DNA from: Schmidtea polychroa
Lineage: Eukaryota
Reading direction: 5' to 3'
NCBI GenBank assembly: GCA_044892525.1
Contig: CM097887.1
Location: 50,592,001 to 50,656,000, forward strand
Length of the DNA: 64,000 bases
This document shows, piece by piece, positions 13,560 to 25,816 of this stretch. A program made the translations under genes and the position numbers. The notes beneath the pieces were generated by a model, which was not told the DNA's origin, made no database searches, and worked only from the letters and a program-made list of their open reading frames with translations. Every line of letters begins with the position of its first letter. Positions within the stretch are counted from its first letter, which is position 1.

Positions 13560-14072
13560 TGGAATTGTGCTAGCCTAGCAAAATTTTCCAATAAATATCC
13601 AATTATCTTGTTGAAATCTAATGCGGCATCGAAGTATTCTTCCAAGGAACTACAACTAATCGAGCTGCGCAAATTACGAGAACAATTTAGCCGAAGGCAG
13701 ACGCGGTTGAATTAAACCGAGGCCAATTATCTTTCTCCCAAGAAGGCCCTTGCGCTGCATCAGCAGATTTTTAGGCTCGATAAAGTCCGAGAGGAGATCA
13801 TTACCGAGAGTCGGTCGCAGCGGCACGTAGTTCGGAGTCAATATGAATTTTTGTCAAGAATGTACACTGAGAATGAACTCGATTCGCCAGTCCCACAATA
13901 CACGGCGCTAATGGTACTGAACATCATCCCCGGTCATAACCTAGCCGAAGCACCAAGCTCCGTGGAAGCCCGTGATACTTCACAGATCTCTCGCGGGCGA
14001 TCAGCACCTGCTACCAAAATAATATTTGTCGTAGCACCCCTTCAACACCTAATCTTCAAACCATCTTCCTAA
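13560..14072 (+). pseudogene. Decayed homologue of the 278-aa ORF at 32028-32864
   Basis: RLN*TEANYLSPKKALALHQQIFRLDKVREEIITESRSQRHVVRSQYEFLSRMYTENELDSPV aligns by eye without gaps to RIDLYEGTWFSPPQMKEERSKVLRLEHCRDSLLEESRCQRLTIKAQSEALHKVYTEAELAKRV. Confidence 0.8.
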
Positions 14073-14663
14073 CAGCCGCAGTGTCACACCCATTGGTCAA
14101 CGTAGATCTAGATGACCCCGATTTTAGACTCAATGGAATGTTCTAGCAGTCTCGACTGTATCCAAGTCATACTTGTGTGTTTTAAAATTTAAGTAAATGT
14201 TTTATGTTTAAGTTTTGATTTTTCTTGTGGTTGTCTTAATTATGAAAATGTCTTGAAAGGGTTGAAAATAGGTAAAAAGGTTAAAACAGAAATCATTAAT
14301 TAATTAATTAATTGGCTAATGGAAAACCCGGGCTAATGGGAAGTCCGAGCCAATGGAGAACCCGAGAGATGAAGAAACCTCGAGCACGGTTATTAGGGAA
14401 AATAAACAAACTGAACGTTGGAGAACGATTATCAAAACAAACAAAACGACTTTTGGAGAGACATTATCTTAACAACCGAGCGCGGCAATCGAGAAAATTA
14501 AACAGTTTAACTTTTAGAGAACTATTATGGAATCAACAGGATAAGTGAGGGTAAATAAAAAAAGATCGGAAATAACATGAAGGAACGGTAGAAGTGATTA
14601 ATTACAGTTATTTTATCATAAATCGAAAGACAAAACAGGTTAGGTTTACCCGGAAATTATGTA

Positions 14664-15068
14664 TTGATGACGTTAGCAAAAATTGGCAAACAACCACGAA
14701 TATTAATCCAACTAAATAAAAAGAGAGTGGAGGCTGTTGTGGATTCAGGATCAAGTCATACAATTATATCAGAAGAGATATTGTCGGCAAAGGAGAAAAG
14801 ACAAATAAAACCATCAAATAGCATAATCAGATCACTGTCTAAAAACGTATTGAGAATAATTGGAGAAATAGAAGTGGTACTTCTAATTGGTGACAGAAAG
14901 ATTACACATAACGTACAGATTATGGAAAAAAGCCCTGTATTGTGTTTGATTGGAATGGATGTACTGGAGCAGTTAGACGGAATCTCACTGGATTTTAAAA
15001 CTGGAAATTTGATCGTGGGAAAAAGTGGCGAAGTCATTCATAATTTAGGAGAAGTATTTCTCGAATAG
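14664..15068 (+). mobile_element. Ty3/Gypsy retropepsin (aspartic protease) remnant
   Basis: VEAVVDSGSSHTIIS active-site motif and CLIGMDVL motif. No RT or integrase found downstream; the sequence is interrupted by the array. Confidence 0.85.
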
Positions 15069-15228
15069 ATAAAAAGTTTGATTATTAAACTATTGTTGTG
15101 AAATTTGTTGTGATTGAGAATTTGTAAAGTGTAATAACAAATATACGTTTGGAAATCGGAGTTTATTGATTTGTCTAAACACGAGGAGTCAGAGTAACCA
15201 ACGATCAATCTTTTGTTATTATAAAACC

Positions 15229-15273
<45 letters not shown>

Positions 15274-16720
15274 GCAGCTTCTTGGGACTTTTCACTTTTC
15301 AATTATTTGTTTTATTTTTTAACTGTTTTGAATTTAATTATTTGTATATTTGGTGTATTTTTTATGATTTTTGCATTTTATATTTTCTGTTGCTGACTTG
15401 ACAGGTAAAAATACAAATATTTTTTTTTATTTACTAAATTTATTAATTATCGACCTTCTGGCACTACACGAGATTACAAACTCAAAATATTGTCATTTTT
15501 TAATAATAATCCAATGTTTTTCTACTTTATTAAAAGATTTGTAATTGTTTATCTATGTTCCAGTTCGGCGTGGTAAAAATCTGACAGCGTCAGCCACCGG
15601 CTACCATTTTCCACCCAGAAAAATATTGATTTTTACATTTTTCGAATTTTAATTAATTTTAACAATTTGTAATTTTCTATTTTAGAAATGTTTGTATAAC
15701 CCCAATTGTGTGCAGCTAATTCATATGTATTTTCCACCCTTTCGTGATTTGCAGTGCAAGAAAGATGGTTGCATGCTGACTCGAGTTTTGTTTATTAACA
15801 AACTCAGAAACCAAAATATATCTTGAGTAAAAATATTGTGTTGGGCAGCCAATAGCAAGCCGACATTTCCACGCTTGCTTCGTGTTCGTGTGGCAGGAAG
15901 AAAGAGATTTAGAGTCCCTTTTTAAATTGATTTATCTCGACTGAAAGGGGAATTAAATTAGAAATGAAAAAAAAATAAATTAAATTACTTGTAAGTCTCT
16001 CTGAGACATCAGCAAATAATAACAAAAGAAATTTGAGATAGTCGAAAAAAAAAATTAATTAAATTACGTGCAAGTCAGACATCGTCAGATAATTTTGAAA
16101 ATGAGATTTTGAAATATTTGGGGGAAAATTCTTTTAAAATAAAATGAATAAATAAACATCATTTTGTTATTGGAATTATTATTATTATTAAGATTAATAT
16201 TATTATTATTTCATATATTTATATCAGTAATGCCTTCGTATTTGTATCAGTCAAATAAAAATATTTTGTAAGTAGTTTATTTAGTATGTTGACGATAAAT
16301 TTTGTTAGTTGTCAATTAAATCGACTTATTTCTATATATCCTTGGAATTAGGAGATATTACTGGAACTAATTTAGAATAATGAATCAATTGTGCCTGTTC
16401 AGAATAAAAGTTGTGTACAATCGAATAAAAAAATTCTATCATCATATTAAAGCTTAGCTTTAGTTCATCACTCTATTGATTGCTTGGACTGTAAAATCGT
16501 CTGAAATTAATGTTATCAGTCTATTAATCGTTTAATGTAACAAAATTCCTTTAGTTATTTCAATTCTTGGTTTTGGGTATTGCATCTATATAAAAGAAAA
16601 AAAGAAAATTTTTTAAATTCCTGAGTTTCAAAATGTTTCCCTTGTTTTGACTAAAATGGCAACTCTTTAAACATAATTCAAACTTAATAATTATTATTAT
16701 CGTATGATAAATTGGAATTA

Positions 16721-17623
16721 TTAGGAACATGCAGATTCGAGGACGAATCTAAAGAAAAGGGGAGATATGTTGAAGTTCAACAGGAGAGGTACAGAAATGA
16801 GGTGAAAAATGAATAAAAACACCGAGTGAAGGTTTTATCCATCCACAAAGTTTTAAGCTCTTGCTCCAGGCTTTTATATTTTCCAACAGAAACATTGAAT
16901 TTGAAGGAGTTAAAAATTCTCGCCCGCTCAGGACCATGATTTTCAGTTTCTGCATTGAGTGCCAATCGAACAGAAGATCTGTCAGGAGATACACTATTGT
17001 GCTCAGATACATCACGTCCCCGTTTCTTGTGTTTACGGTGAACGTGCTTAATAGATCGCTGCTTTGAAGATACACGATCAATCTTGTCAGGAGTTCGCAC
17101 AGTGGGCACAGGTGAGCGAGACAGTACGGGAGATAAACTGTTTGAATCGCTGTGGTCGCTACGAGATATTTTAGGCATACTGGGAGATCGTCCCTCAGGA
17201 GTGTTATTATGTCGTCTAGAAGATCTCGCCACTCGGTGCCTTTAAGTAGATCATACATCATCGGTGATATCGGAATATCTTCCATTTTCGTTGTTTTCGA
17301 CACATTGACTTCCTGCCATAGATAATCGCAATTGTTTTGAAATTGTATATTTAAAAATGAATTACATATTACTTATTACCTCCAAATGCTTCAAGAACCA
17401 ATCCTAATCGAGAAGCGTGAGTTCCAATCAATAATGGATGACGTGTGTTATAGAATCGTTTATAACACTTAAACACGTCACTATCGATTTTAATATAAGC
17501 AGTATTCACTCCTTCTTTATTGCAAAAATAACTTGGCAATTGATAGGTTGGAAATCTTGTATTTGGATTTATAAAGTAATTATTAATATCAATTAAAAAT
17601 TTTTTTATAACTTCTTCAGACAT
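16721..17623 (-). pseudogene. Predicted 3-exon gene (~253 codons) with a basic S/R-rich central region, two in-frame stops; copy 1
   Basis: Exons 17623-17380, 17312-16823 and 16748-16721, joined in phase by GT-AG introns of 67 and 74 nt (the second has a strong pyrimidine tract). Stops at TGA 17253-17251 and TAA 17244-17242. Product includes RSSRRH..SRSP..HRKHKKRGR. Confidence 0.6.
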
Positions 17624-17640
17624 TACAATTCTAAACTAAA

Positions 17641-19609
17641 ATGGCTCGTATTTATAAGGGTGAGTATCACATGCCTGGTTACAATTTTTTGTGGCCCAGG
17701 CACAAATACTGACATATGATTGGATAAAACACAAGAAAAAAATCCTGTGCCTGGCTGCGAACCAGTTGATGAAATTGATTTACTGTGCCTACAACATGAC
17801 AAAGACTACAAGAGCAAGTCCACACGTGTGCGGCATGAATCAGATAAAAGATTAGTTGCTGACTTGCAGTTAATCACAGATGATTCACTATGAACTAGAC
17901 AGGTCTTTGCCAAACACGTAATTTTATTTACATTTCATTTGAAAATTTTTATAGAAAAATTAATGTTAACCAAAAATATGATGGATGAATTTATTAAAGA
18001 AAATCGTCCTGAAAAAACTACATTAGACGTTATGAAAAGATTTGCAAAAAATTTACAAACAACAGAAGCTATTAATGATTTAGTTAAATATAACTTTCGT
18101 ATGCAGCATAACACTGATATTTTAAAAAATAGTTTAAAAGGCAGAACAAAGCTTTATGTTAATGCAGGTGAAAGAATATTTGCATTGTACAGTGAACATA
18201 TACATCCACGAGTTATGTCATATTTGAGTAAATTAAAAGGTGATTTAGCAGTACCCGATGGCTTTAGGGCTTTATATCATTCCAATTCAATTAAATCTTT
18301 AACGAGCGATTTATTTCACCCTTTAAATCTAGGTCAAAAGTTCAAAAATACTACAGGTAATTATATTAACAGATCTGTCATTACTCCTCAGGTCACAAAG
18401 ATTTTAACCATGTTTAGACAAAGATCTTTTTATAAAGGTATTGTTTTCAGATATGGTGGAACAGCATCAGATTTAATTGCTCAGGCTGGTATAACGGGGA
18501 GTCATTTAGCAGCAGAGCATGTATGGGAAACTTTCGACCCACATAGTATAAATCCCGATCCCCGAGAACATATTTATGAAAGATATTCTGAAGAAGAAAT
18601 GAATAATTTAAAACCTTTAAGTGAACATGAAGGGTATTTTGACTATAGTGAATATTTATATCCAGATAGAGATTTTTTTTATAGTTTTCATAGAGATTAT
18701 GACTATGTTAATCCATTAGAAAACACTGTTCCAAATTATTTCGGCAAACAATATCAATATTTTTTAACAAAAGCTCAACATTTTGTTAAAGAATTAAGAA
18801 AAGAAAATTATAGTGTTAATTATCCCTGGAAGATACAAGATATAAAAGACTTAATGAGTGGTAATTATGTATTAAATAAATTATTTACAGATAATCCTGG
18901 TATGTTAGAACAGTTTCATATTACTTCTAAAGGTAATATAACAAAGTTTTTAACATCGGCTATGTTTCAAGCACATAAAACAATGGAATTACCAGATTAC
19001 GACTCTAAAGACCCTCAGAAAGAACTATATGAATATGTACGTTTGAGATCTGTAGAAGAACAATGAAAAATTAATCCTTATGACACATATAATCCTGGTG
19101 AACCTAATTCGTGGTATGCATGGGCATCTGATGGTAAACAATATAAATGGACTGTCACTTCTTTTAGACATTATTGGAACCCCAGTACCAGACGTTTTCC
19201 TAGGAAATTACCCATTTCAGCGCTTTCAAAACAACAAGTCAATGATAAATTTACACAGTACCTTCATAGTTTTAATAATAATAAATTAAAATATAATTGG
19301 TTACATGGTCGTGGCGAAGGCAAGAATAAAGATATTCGCCTCCTCAACCGGGGAGAGTTAGAGATATTAAGATATCATTATCAATTAAACCATCATCAAT
19401 CGATTGAACACACTAACTGGAAGGAAGCAACAAAAGAACAACTAACGCAATACATACGCAAAATGCCTAGAAACATACCTGTTAAGATAATAAATGAAAT
19501 ACATCATAAAGATTTAACCAATCATATATTAAATAGTCACAAAGAACATGTCGAGAGCACTAGGGGTTCTGTATATACTGAACAAGCTATAAAATCATTA
19601 GGGCACTAG
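17641..19609 (+). pseudogene. Disrupted ~655-aa protein with N-terminal parvovirus VP1/adintovirus-type phospholipase A2 domain; copy 1
   Basis: MARIYKGEYHMPGYNF-(+1 T in T6 run 17685-17690)-CGPGTNTDI*LD..PVDEIDLLCLQHDKDY..RHESDKRL. The same frame runs through TGA 17717, TGA 17891, the 375-aa ORF and TGA 19064 to TAG 19607-19609. Confidence 0.85.
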
Positions 19610-19738
19610 CAATTTCAGGAGGAATAGCCGGATATCTGTCGTAAGGTAGCGGTATAGTAGCATAGAACCGAGTAGCCAGAGTGAATAATTTTGTATATAA
19701 TAAATCTGTAAATATCGGTGTATATACACAATAATATT

Positions 19739-19876
19739 AAACAGTTAAAAAATAAAACAAATAATTGAAAAGTGAAAAGTCCCAAGAAGCTGCAGATATA
19801 TATATATATATATATATATCTGCAGCTTCTTGGGACTTTTCACTTTTCAATTATTTGTTTTATTTTTTAACTGTTT
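19739..19876. repeat. Perfect 138-bp palindrome: right TIR + (AT)12 + left TIR (junction 1/2)
   Basis: 57 + 24 + 57 nt, fully self-complementary. Confidence 0.97.
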
Positions 19877-21268
19877 TGAATTTAATTATTTGTATATTTG
19901 GTGTATTTTTTATGATTTTTGCATTTTATATTTTCTGTTGCTGACTTGACAGGTAAAAATACAAATATTTTTTTTTATTTACTAAATTTATTAATTATCG
20001 ACCTTCTGGCACTACACGAGATTACAAACTCAAAATATTGTCATTTTTTAATAATAATCCAATGTTTTTCTACTTTATTAAAAGATTTGTAATTGTTTAT
20101 CTATGTTCCAGTTCGGCGTGGTAAAAATCTGACAGCGTCAGCCACCGGCTACCATTTTCCACCCAGAAAAATATTGATTTTTACATTTTTCGAATTTTAA
20201 TTAATTTTAACAATTTGTAATTTTCTATTTTAGAAATGTTTGTATAACCCCAATTGTGTGCAGCTAATTCATATGTATTTTCCACCCTTTCGTGATTTGC
20301 AGTGCAAGAAAGATGGTTGCATGCTGACTCGAGTTTTGTTTATTAACAAACTCAGAAACCAAAATATATCTTGAGTAAAAATATTGTGTTGGGCAGCCAA
20401 TAGCAAGCCGACATTTCCACGCTTGCTTCGTGTTCGTGTGGCAGGGAGAAAGAGATTTAGAGTCCCTTTTTAAATTGATTTATCTCGACTGAAAGGGGAA
20501 TTAAATTAGAAATGAAAAAAAAATAAATTAAATTACTTGTAAGTCTCTCTGAGACATCAGCAAATAATAACAAAAGAAATTTGAGATAGTCGAAAAAAAA
20601 AATTAATTAAATTACGTGCAAGTCAGACATCGTCAGATAATTTTGAAAATGAGATTTTGAAATATTTGGGGGAAAATTCTTTTAAAATAAAATGAATAAA
20701 TAAACATCATTTTGTTATTGGGATTATTATTATTATTAAGATTAATATTATTATTATTTCATATATTTATATCAGTAATGCCTTCGTATTTGTATCAGTC
20801 AAATAAAAATATTTTGTAAGTAGTTTATTTAGTATGTTGACGATAAATTTTGTTAGTTGTCAATTAAATCGACTTATTTCTATATATCCTTGGAATTAGG
20901 AGATATTACTGGAACTAATTTAGAATAATGAATCAATTGTGCCTGTTCAGAATAAAAGTTGTGTACAATCGAATAAAAAAATTCTATCATCATATTAAAG
21001 CTTAGCTTTAGTTCATCACTCTATTGATTGCTTGGACTGTAAAATCGTCTGAAATTAATGTTATCAGTCTATTAATCGTTTAATGTAACAAAATTCCTTT
21101 AGTTATTTCAATTCTTGGTTTTGGGTATTGCATCTATATAAAAGAAAAAAAGAAAATTTTTTAAATTCCTGAGTTTCAAAATGTTTCCCTTGTTTTGACT
21201 AAAATGGCAACTCTTTAAACATAATTCAAACTTAATAATTATTATTATCGTATGATAAATTGGAATTA

Positions 21269-22171
21269 TTAGGAACATGCAGATTCGAGGACGAATCTAA
21301 AGAAAAGGGGAGATATGTTGAAGTTCAACAGGAGAGGTACAGAAATGAGGTGAAAAATGAATAAAAACACCGAGTGAAGGTTTTATCCATCCACAAAGTT
21401 TTAAGCTCTTGCTCCAGGCTTTTATATTTTCCAACAGAAACATTGAATTTGAAGGAGTTAAAAATTCTCGCCCGCTCAGGACCATGATTTTCAGTTTCTG
21501 CATTGAGTGCCAATCGAACAGAAGATCTGTCAGGAGATACACTATTGTGCTCAGATACATCACGTCCCCGTTTCTTGTGTTTACGGTGAACGTGCTTAAT
21601 AGATCGCTGCTTTGAAGATACACGATCAATCTTGTCAGGAGTTCGCACAGTGGGCACAGGTGAGCGAGACAGTACGGGAGATAAACTGTTTGAATCGCTG
21701 TGGTCGCTACGAGATATTTTAGGCATACTGGGAGATCGTCCCTCAGGAGTGTTATTATGTCGTCTAGAAGATCTCGCCACTCGGTGCCTTTAAGTAGATC
21801 ATACATCATCGGTGATATCGGAATATCTTCCATTTTCGTTGTTTTCGACACATTGACTTCCTGCCATAGATAATCGCAATTGTTTTGAAATTGTATATTT
21901 AAAAATGAATTACATATTACTTATTACCTCCAAATGCTTCAAGAACCAATCCTAATCGAGAAGCGTGAGTTCCAATCAATAATGGATGACGTGTGTTATA
22001 GAATCGTTTATAACACTTAAACACGTCACTATCGATTTTAATATAAGCAGTATTCACTCCTTCTTTATTGCAAAAATAACTTGGCAATTGATAGGTTGGA
22101 AATCTTGTATTTGGATTTATAAAGTAATTATTAATATCAATTAAAAATTTTTTTATAACTTCTTCAGACAT
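21269..22171 (-). pseudogene. Predicted spliced basic S/R-rich gene, copy 2
   Basis: Matches copy 1 at +4548. Confidence 0.6.
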
Positions 22172-22188
22172 TACAATTCTAAACTAAA

Positions 22189-24157
22189 ATGGCTCGTATT
22201 TATAAGGGTGAGTATCACATGCCTGGTTACAATTTTTTGTGGCCCAGGCACAAATACTGACATATGATTGGATAAAACACAAGAAAAAAATCCTGTGCCT
22301 GGCTGCGAACCAGTTGATGAAATTGATTTACTGTGCCTACAACATGACAAAGACTACAAGAGCAAGTCCACACGTGTGCGGCATGAATCAGATAAAAGAT
22401 TAGTTGCTGACTTGCAGTTAATCACAGATGATTCACTATGAACTAGACAGGTCTTTGCCAAACACGTAATTTTATTTACATTTCATTTGAAAATTTTTAT
22501 AGAAAAATTAATGTTAACCAAAAATATGATGGATGAATTTATTAAAGAAAATCGTCCTGAAAAAACTACATTAGACGTTATGAAAAGATTTGCAAAAAAT
22601 TTACAAACAACAGAAGCTATTAATGATTTAGTTAAATATAACTTTCGTATGCAGCATAACACTGATATTTTAAAAAATAGTTTAAAAGGCAGAACAAAGC
22701 TTTATGTTAATGCAGGTGAAAGAATATTTGCATTGTACAGTGAACATATACATCCACGAGTTATGTCATATTTGAGTAAATTAAAAGGTGATTTAGCAGT
22801 ACCCGATGGCTTTAGGGCTTTATATCATTCCAATTCAATTAAATCTTTAACGAGCGATTTATTTCACCCTTTAAATCTAGGTCAAAAGTTCAAAAATACT
22901 ACAGGTAATTATATTAACAGATCTGTCATTACTCCTCAGGTCACAAAGATTTTAACCATGTTTAGACAAAGATCTTTTTATAAAGGTATTGTTTTCAGAT
23001 ATGGTGGAACAGCATCAGATTTAATTGCTCAGGCTGGTATAACGGGGAGTCATTTAGCAGCAGAGCATGTATGGGAAACTTTCGACCCACATAGTATAAA
23101 TCCCGATCCCCGAGAACATATTTATGAAAGATATTCTGAAGAAGAAATGAATAATTTAAAACCTTTAAGTGAACATGAAGGGTATTTTGACTATAGTGAA
23201 TATTTATATCCAGATAGAGATTTTTTTTATAGTTTTCATAGAGATTATGACTATGTTAATCCATTAGAAAACACTGTTCCAAATTATTTCGGCAAACAAT
23301 ATCAATATTTTTTAACAAAAGCTCAACATTTTGTTAAAGAATTAAGAAAAGAAAATTATAGTGTTAATTATCCCTGGAAGATACAAGATATAAAAGACTT
23401 AATGAGTGGTAATTATGTATTAAATAAATTATTTACAGATAATCCTGGTATGTTAGAACAGTTTCATATTACTTCTAAAGGTAATATAACAAAGTTTTTA
23501 ACATCGGCTATGTTTCAAGCACATAAAACAATGGAATTACCAGATTACGACTCTAAAGACCCTCAGAAAGAACTATATGAATATGTACGTTTGAGATCTG
23601 TAGAAGAACAATGAAAAATTAATCCTTATGACACATATAATCCTGGTGAACCTAATTCGTGGTATGCATGGGCATCTGATGGTAAACAATATAAATGGAC
23701 TGTCACTTCTTTTAGACATTATTGGAACCCCAGTACCAGACGTTTTCCTAGGAAATTACCCATTTCAGCGCTTTCAAAACAACAAGTCAATGATAAATTT
23801 ACACAGTACCTTCATAGTTTTAATAATAATAAATTAAAATATAATTGGTTACATGGTCGTGGCGAAGGCAAGAATAAAGATATTCGCCTCCTCAACCGGG
23901 GAGAGTTAGAGATATTAAGATATCATTATCAATTAAACCATCATCAATCGATTGAACACACTAACTGGAAGGAAGCAACAAAAGAACAACTAACGCAATA
24001 CATACGCAAAATGCCTAGAAACATACCTGTTAAGATAATAAATGAAATACATCATAAAGATTTAACCAATCATATATTAAATAGTCACAAAGAACATGTC
24101 GAGAGCACTAGGGGTTCTGTATATACTGAACAAGCTATAAAATCATTAGGGCACTAG
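22189..24157 (+). pseudogene. Disrupted PLA2-led ~655-aa ORF, copy 2
   Basis: Same frameshift and three TGA codons as copy 1. Confidence 0.85.
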
Positions 24158-24286
24158 CAATTTCAGGAGGAATAGCCGGATATCTGTCGTAAGGTAGCGG
24201 TATAGTAGCATAGAACCGAGTAGCCAGAGTGAATAATTTTGTATATAATAAATCTGTAAATATCGGTGTATATACACAATAATATT

Positions 24287-24424
24287 AAACAGTTAAAAAA
24301 TAAAACAAATAATTGAAAAGTGAAAAGTCCCAAGAAGCTGCAGATATATATATATATATATATATATCTGCAGCTTCTTGGGACTTTTCACTTTTCAATT
24401 ATTTGTTTTATTTTTTAACTGTTT
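24287..24424. repeat. Perfect 138-bp palindrome (junction 2/3)
   Basis: Same structure as 19739-19876. Confidence 0.97.
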
Positions 24425-25816
24425 TGAATTTAATTATTTGTATATTTGGTGTATTTTTTATGATTTTTGCATTTTATATTTTCTGTTGCTGACTTGACAG
24501 GTAAAAATACAAATATTTTTTTTTATTTACTAAATTTATTAATTATCGACCTTCTGGCACTACACGAGATTACAAACTCAAAATATTGTCATTTTTTAAT
24601 AATAATCCAATGTTTTTCTACTTTATTAAAAGATTTGTAATTGTTTATCTATGTTCCAGTTCGGCGTGGTAAAAATCTGACAGCGTCAGCCACCGGCTAC
24701 CATTTTCCACCCAGAAAAATATTGATTTTTACATTTTTCGAATTTTAATTAATTTTAACAATTTGTAATTTTCTATTTTAGAAATGTTTGTATAACCCCA
24801 ATTGTGTGCAGCTAATTCATATGTATTTTCCACCCTTTCGTGATTTGCAGTGCAAGAAAGATGGTTGCATGCTGACTCGAGTTTTGTTTATTAACAAACT
24901 CAGAAACCAAAATATATCTTGAGTAAAAATATTGTGTTGGGCAGCCAATAGCAAGCCGACATTTCCACGCTTGCTTCGTGTTCGTGTGGCAGGGAGAAAG
25001 AGATTTAGAGTCCCTTTTTAAATTGATTTATCTCGACTGAAAGGGGAATTAAATTAGAAATGAAAAAAAAATAAATTAAATTACTTGTAAGTCTCTCTGA
25101 GACATCAGCAAATAATAACAAAAGAAATTTGAGATAGTCGAAAAAAAAAATTAATTAAATTACGTGCAAGTCAGACATCGTCAGATAATTTTGAAAATGA
25201 GATTTTGAAATATTTGGGGGAAAATTCTTTTAAAATAAAATGAATAAATAAACATCATTTTGTTATTGGGATTATTATTATTATTAAGATTAATATTATT
25301 ATTATTTCATATATTTATATCAGTAATGCCTTCGTATTTGTATCAGTCAAATAAAAATATTTTGTAAGTAGTTTATTTAGTATGTTGACGATAAATTTTG
25401 TTAGTTGTCAATTAAATCGACTTATTTCTATATATCCTTGGAATTAGGAGATATTACTGGAACTAATTTAGAATAATGAATCAATTGTGCCTGTTCAGAA
25501 TAAAAGTTGTGTACAATCGAATAAAAAAATTCTATCATCATATTAAAGCTTAGCTTTAGTTCATCACTCTATTGATTGCTTGGACTGTAAAATCGTCTGA
25601 AATTAATGTTATCAGTCTATTAATCGTTTAATGTAACAAAATTCCTTTAGTTATTTCAATTCTTGGTTTTGGGTATTGCATCTATATAAAAGAAAAAAAG
25701 AAAATTTTTTAAATTCCTGAGTTTCAAAATGTTTCCCTTGTTTTGACTAAAATGGCAACTCTTTAAACATAATTCAAACTTAATAATTATTATTATCGTA
25801 TGATAAATTGGAATTA

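Larger units (their letters stand above)
15272..19795 (+). mobile_element. Virus-like TIR element, copy 1 (4524 bp, 57-bp perfect TIRs)
   Basis: Left TIR 15272-15328 (CTGCAGCTTCTTGGGACTTTTCACTTTTCAATTATTTG...AACTGTTT) and right TIR 19739-19795 are exact reverse complements. Carries a PLA2-led ORF and a divergent gene. Confidence 0.85.
19820..24343 (+). mobile_element. Virus-like TIR element, copy 2
   Basis: Complete copy with both 57-bp TIRs. Confidence 0.85.

Noticed and set aside
15227-15233. CCCAACA before the (AT)n as an LTR end
   Set aside because: No matching start or TSD, and the upstream sequence reads as continuing post-protease pol-like sequence; probably chance.
15038-15396. ORF-track entries with YIYIYI runs (also 47418-47711, 51162-51664)
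   Set aside because: Artefacts of (AT)n microsatellites and AT-rich TIR sequence.
17918-17954. 37-nt GT-AG intron within the PLA2 ORF
   Set aside because: Removing it would break an otherwise continuous frame, and it is shorter than the host introns seen (39 nt or more).
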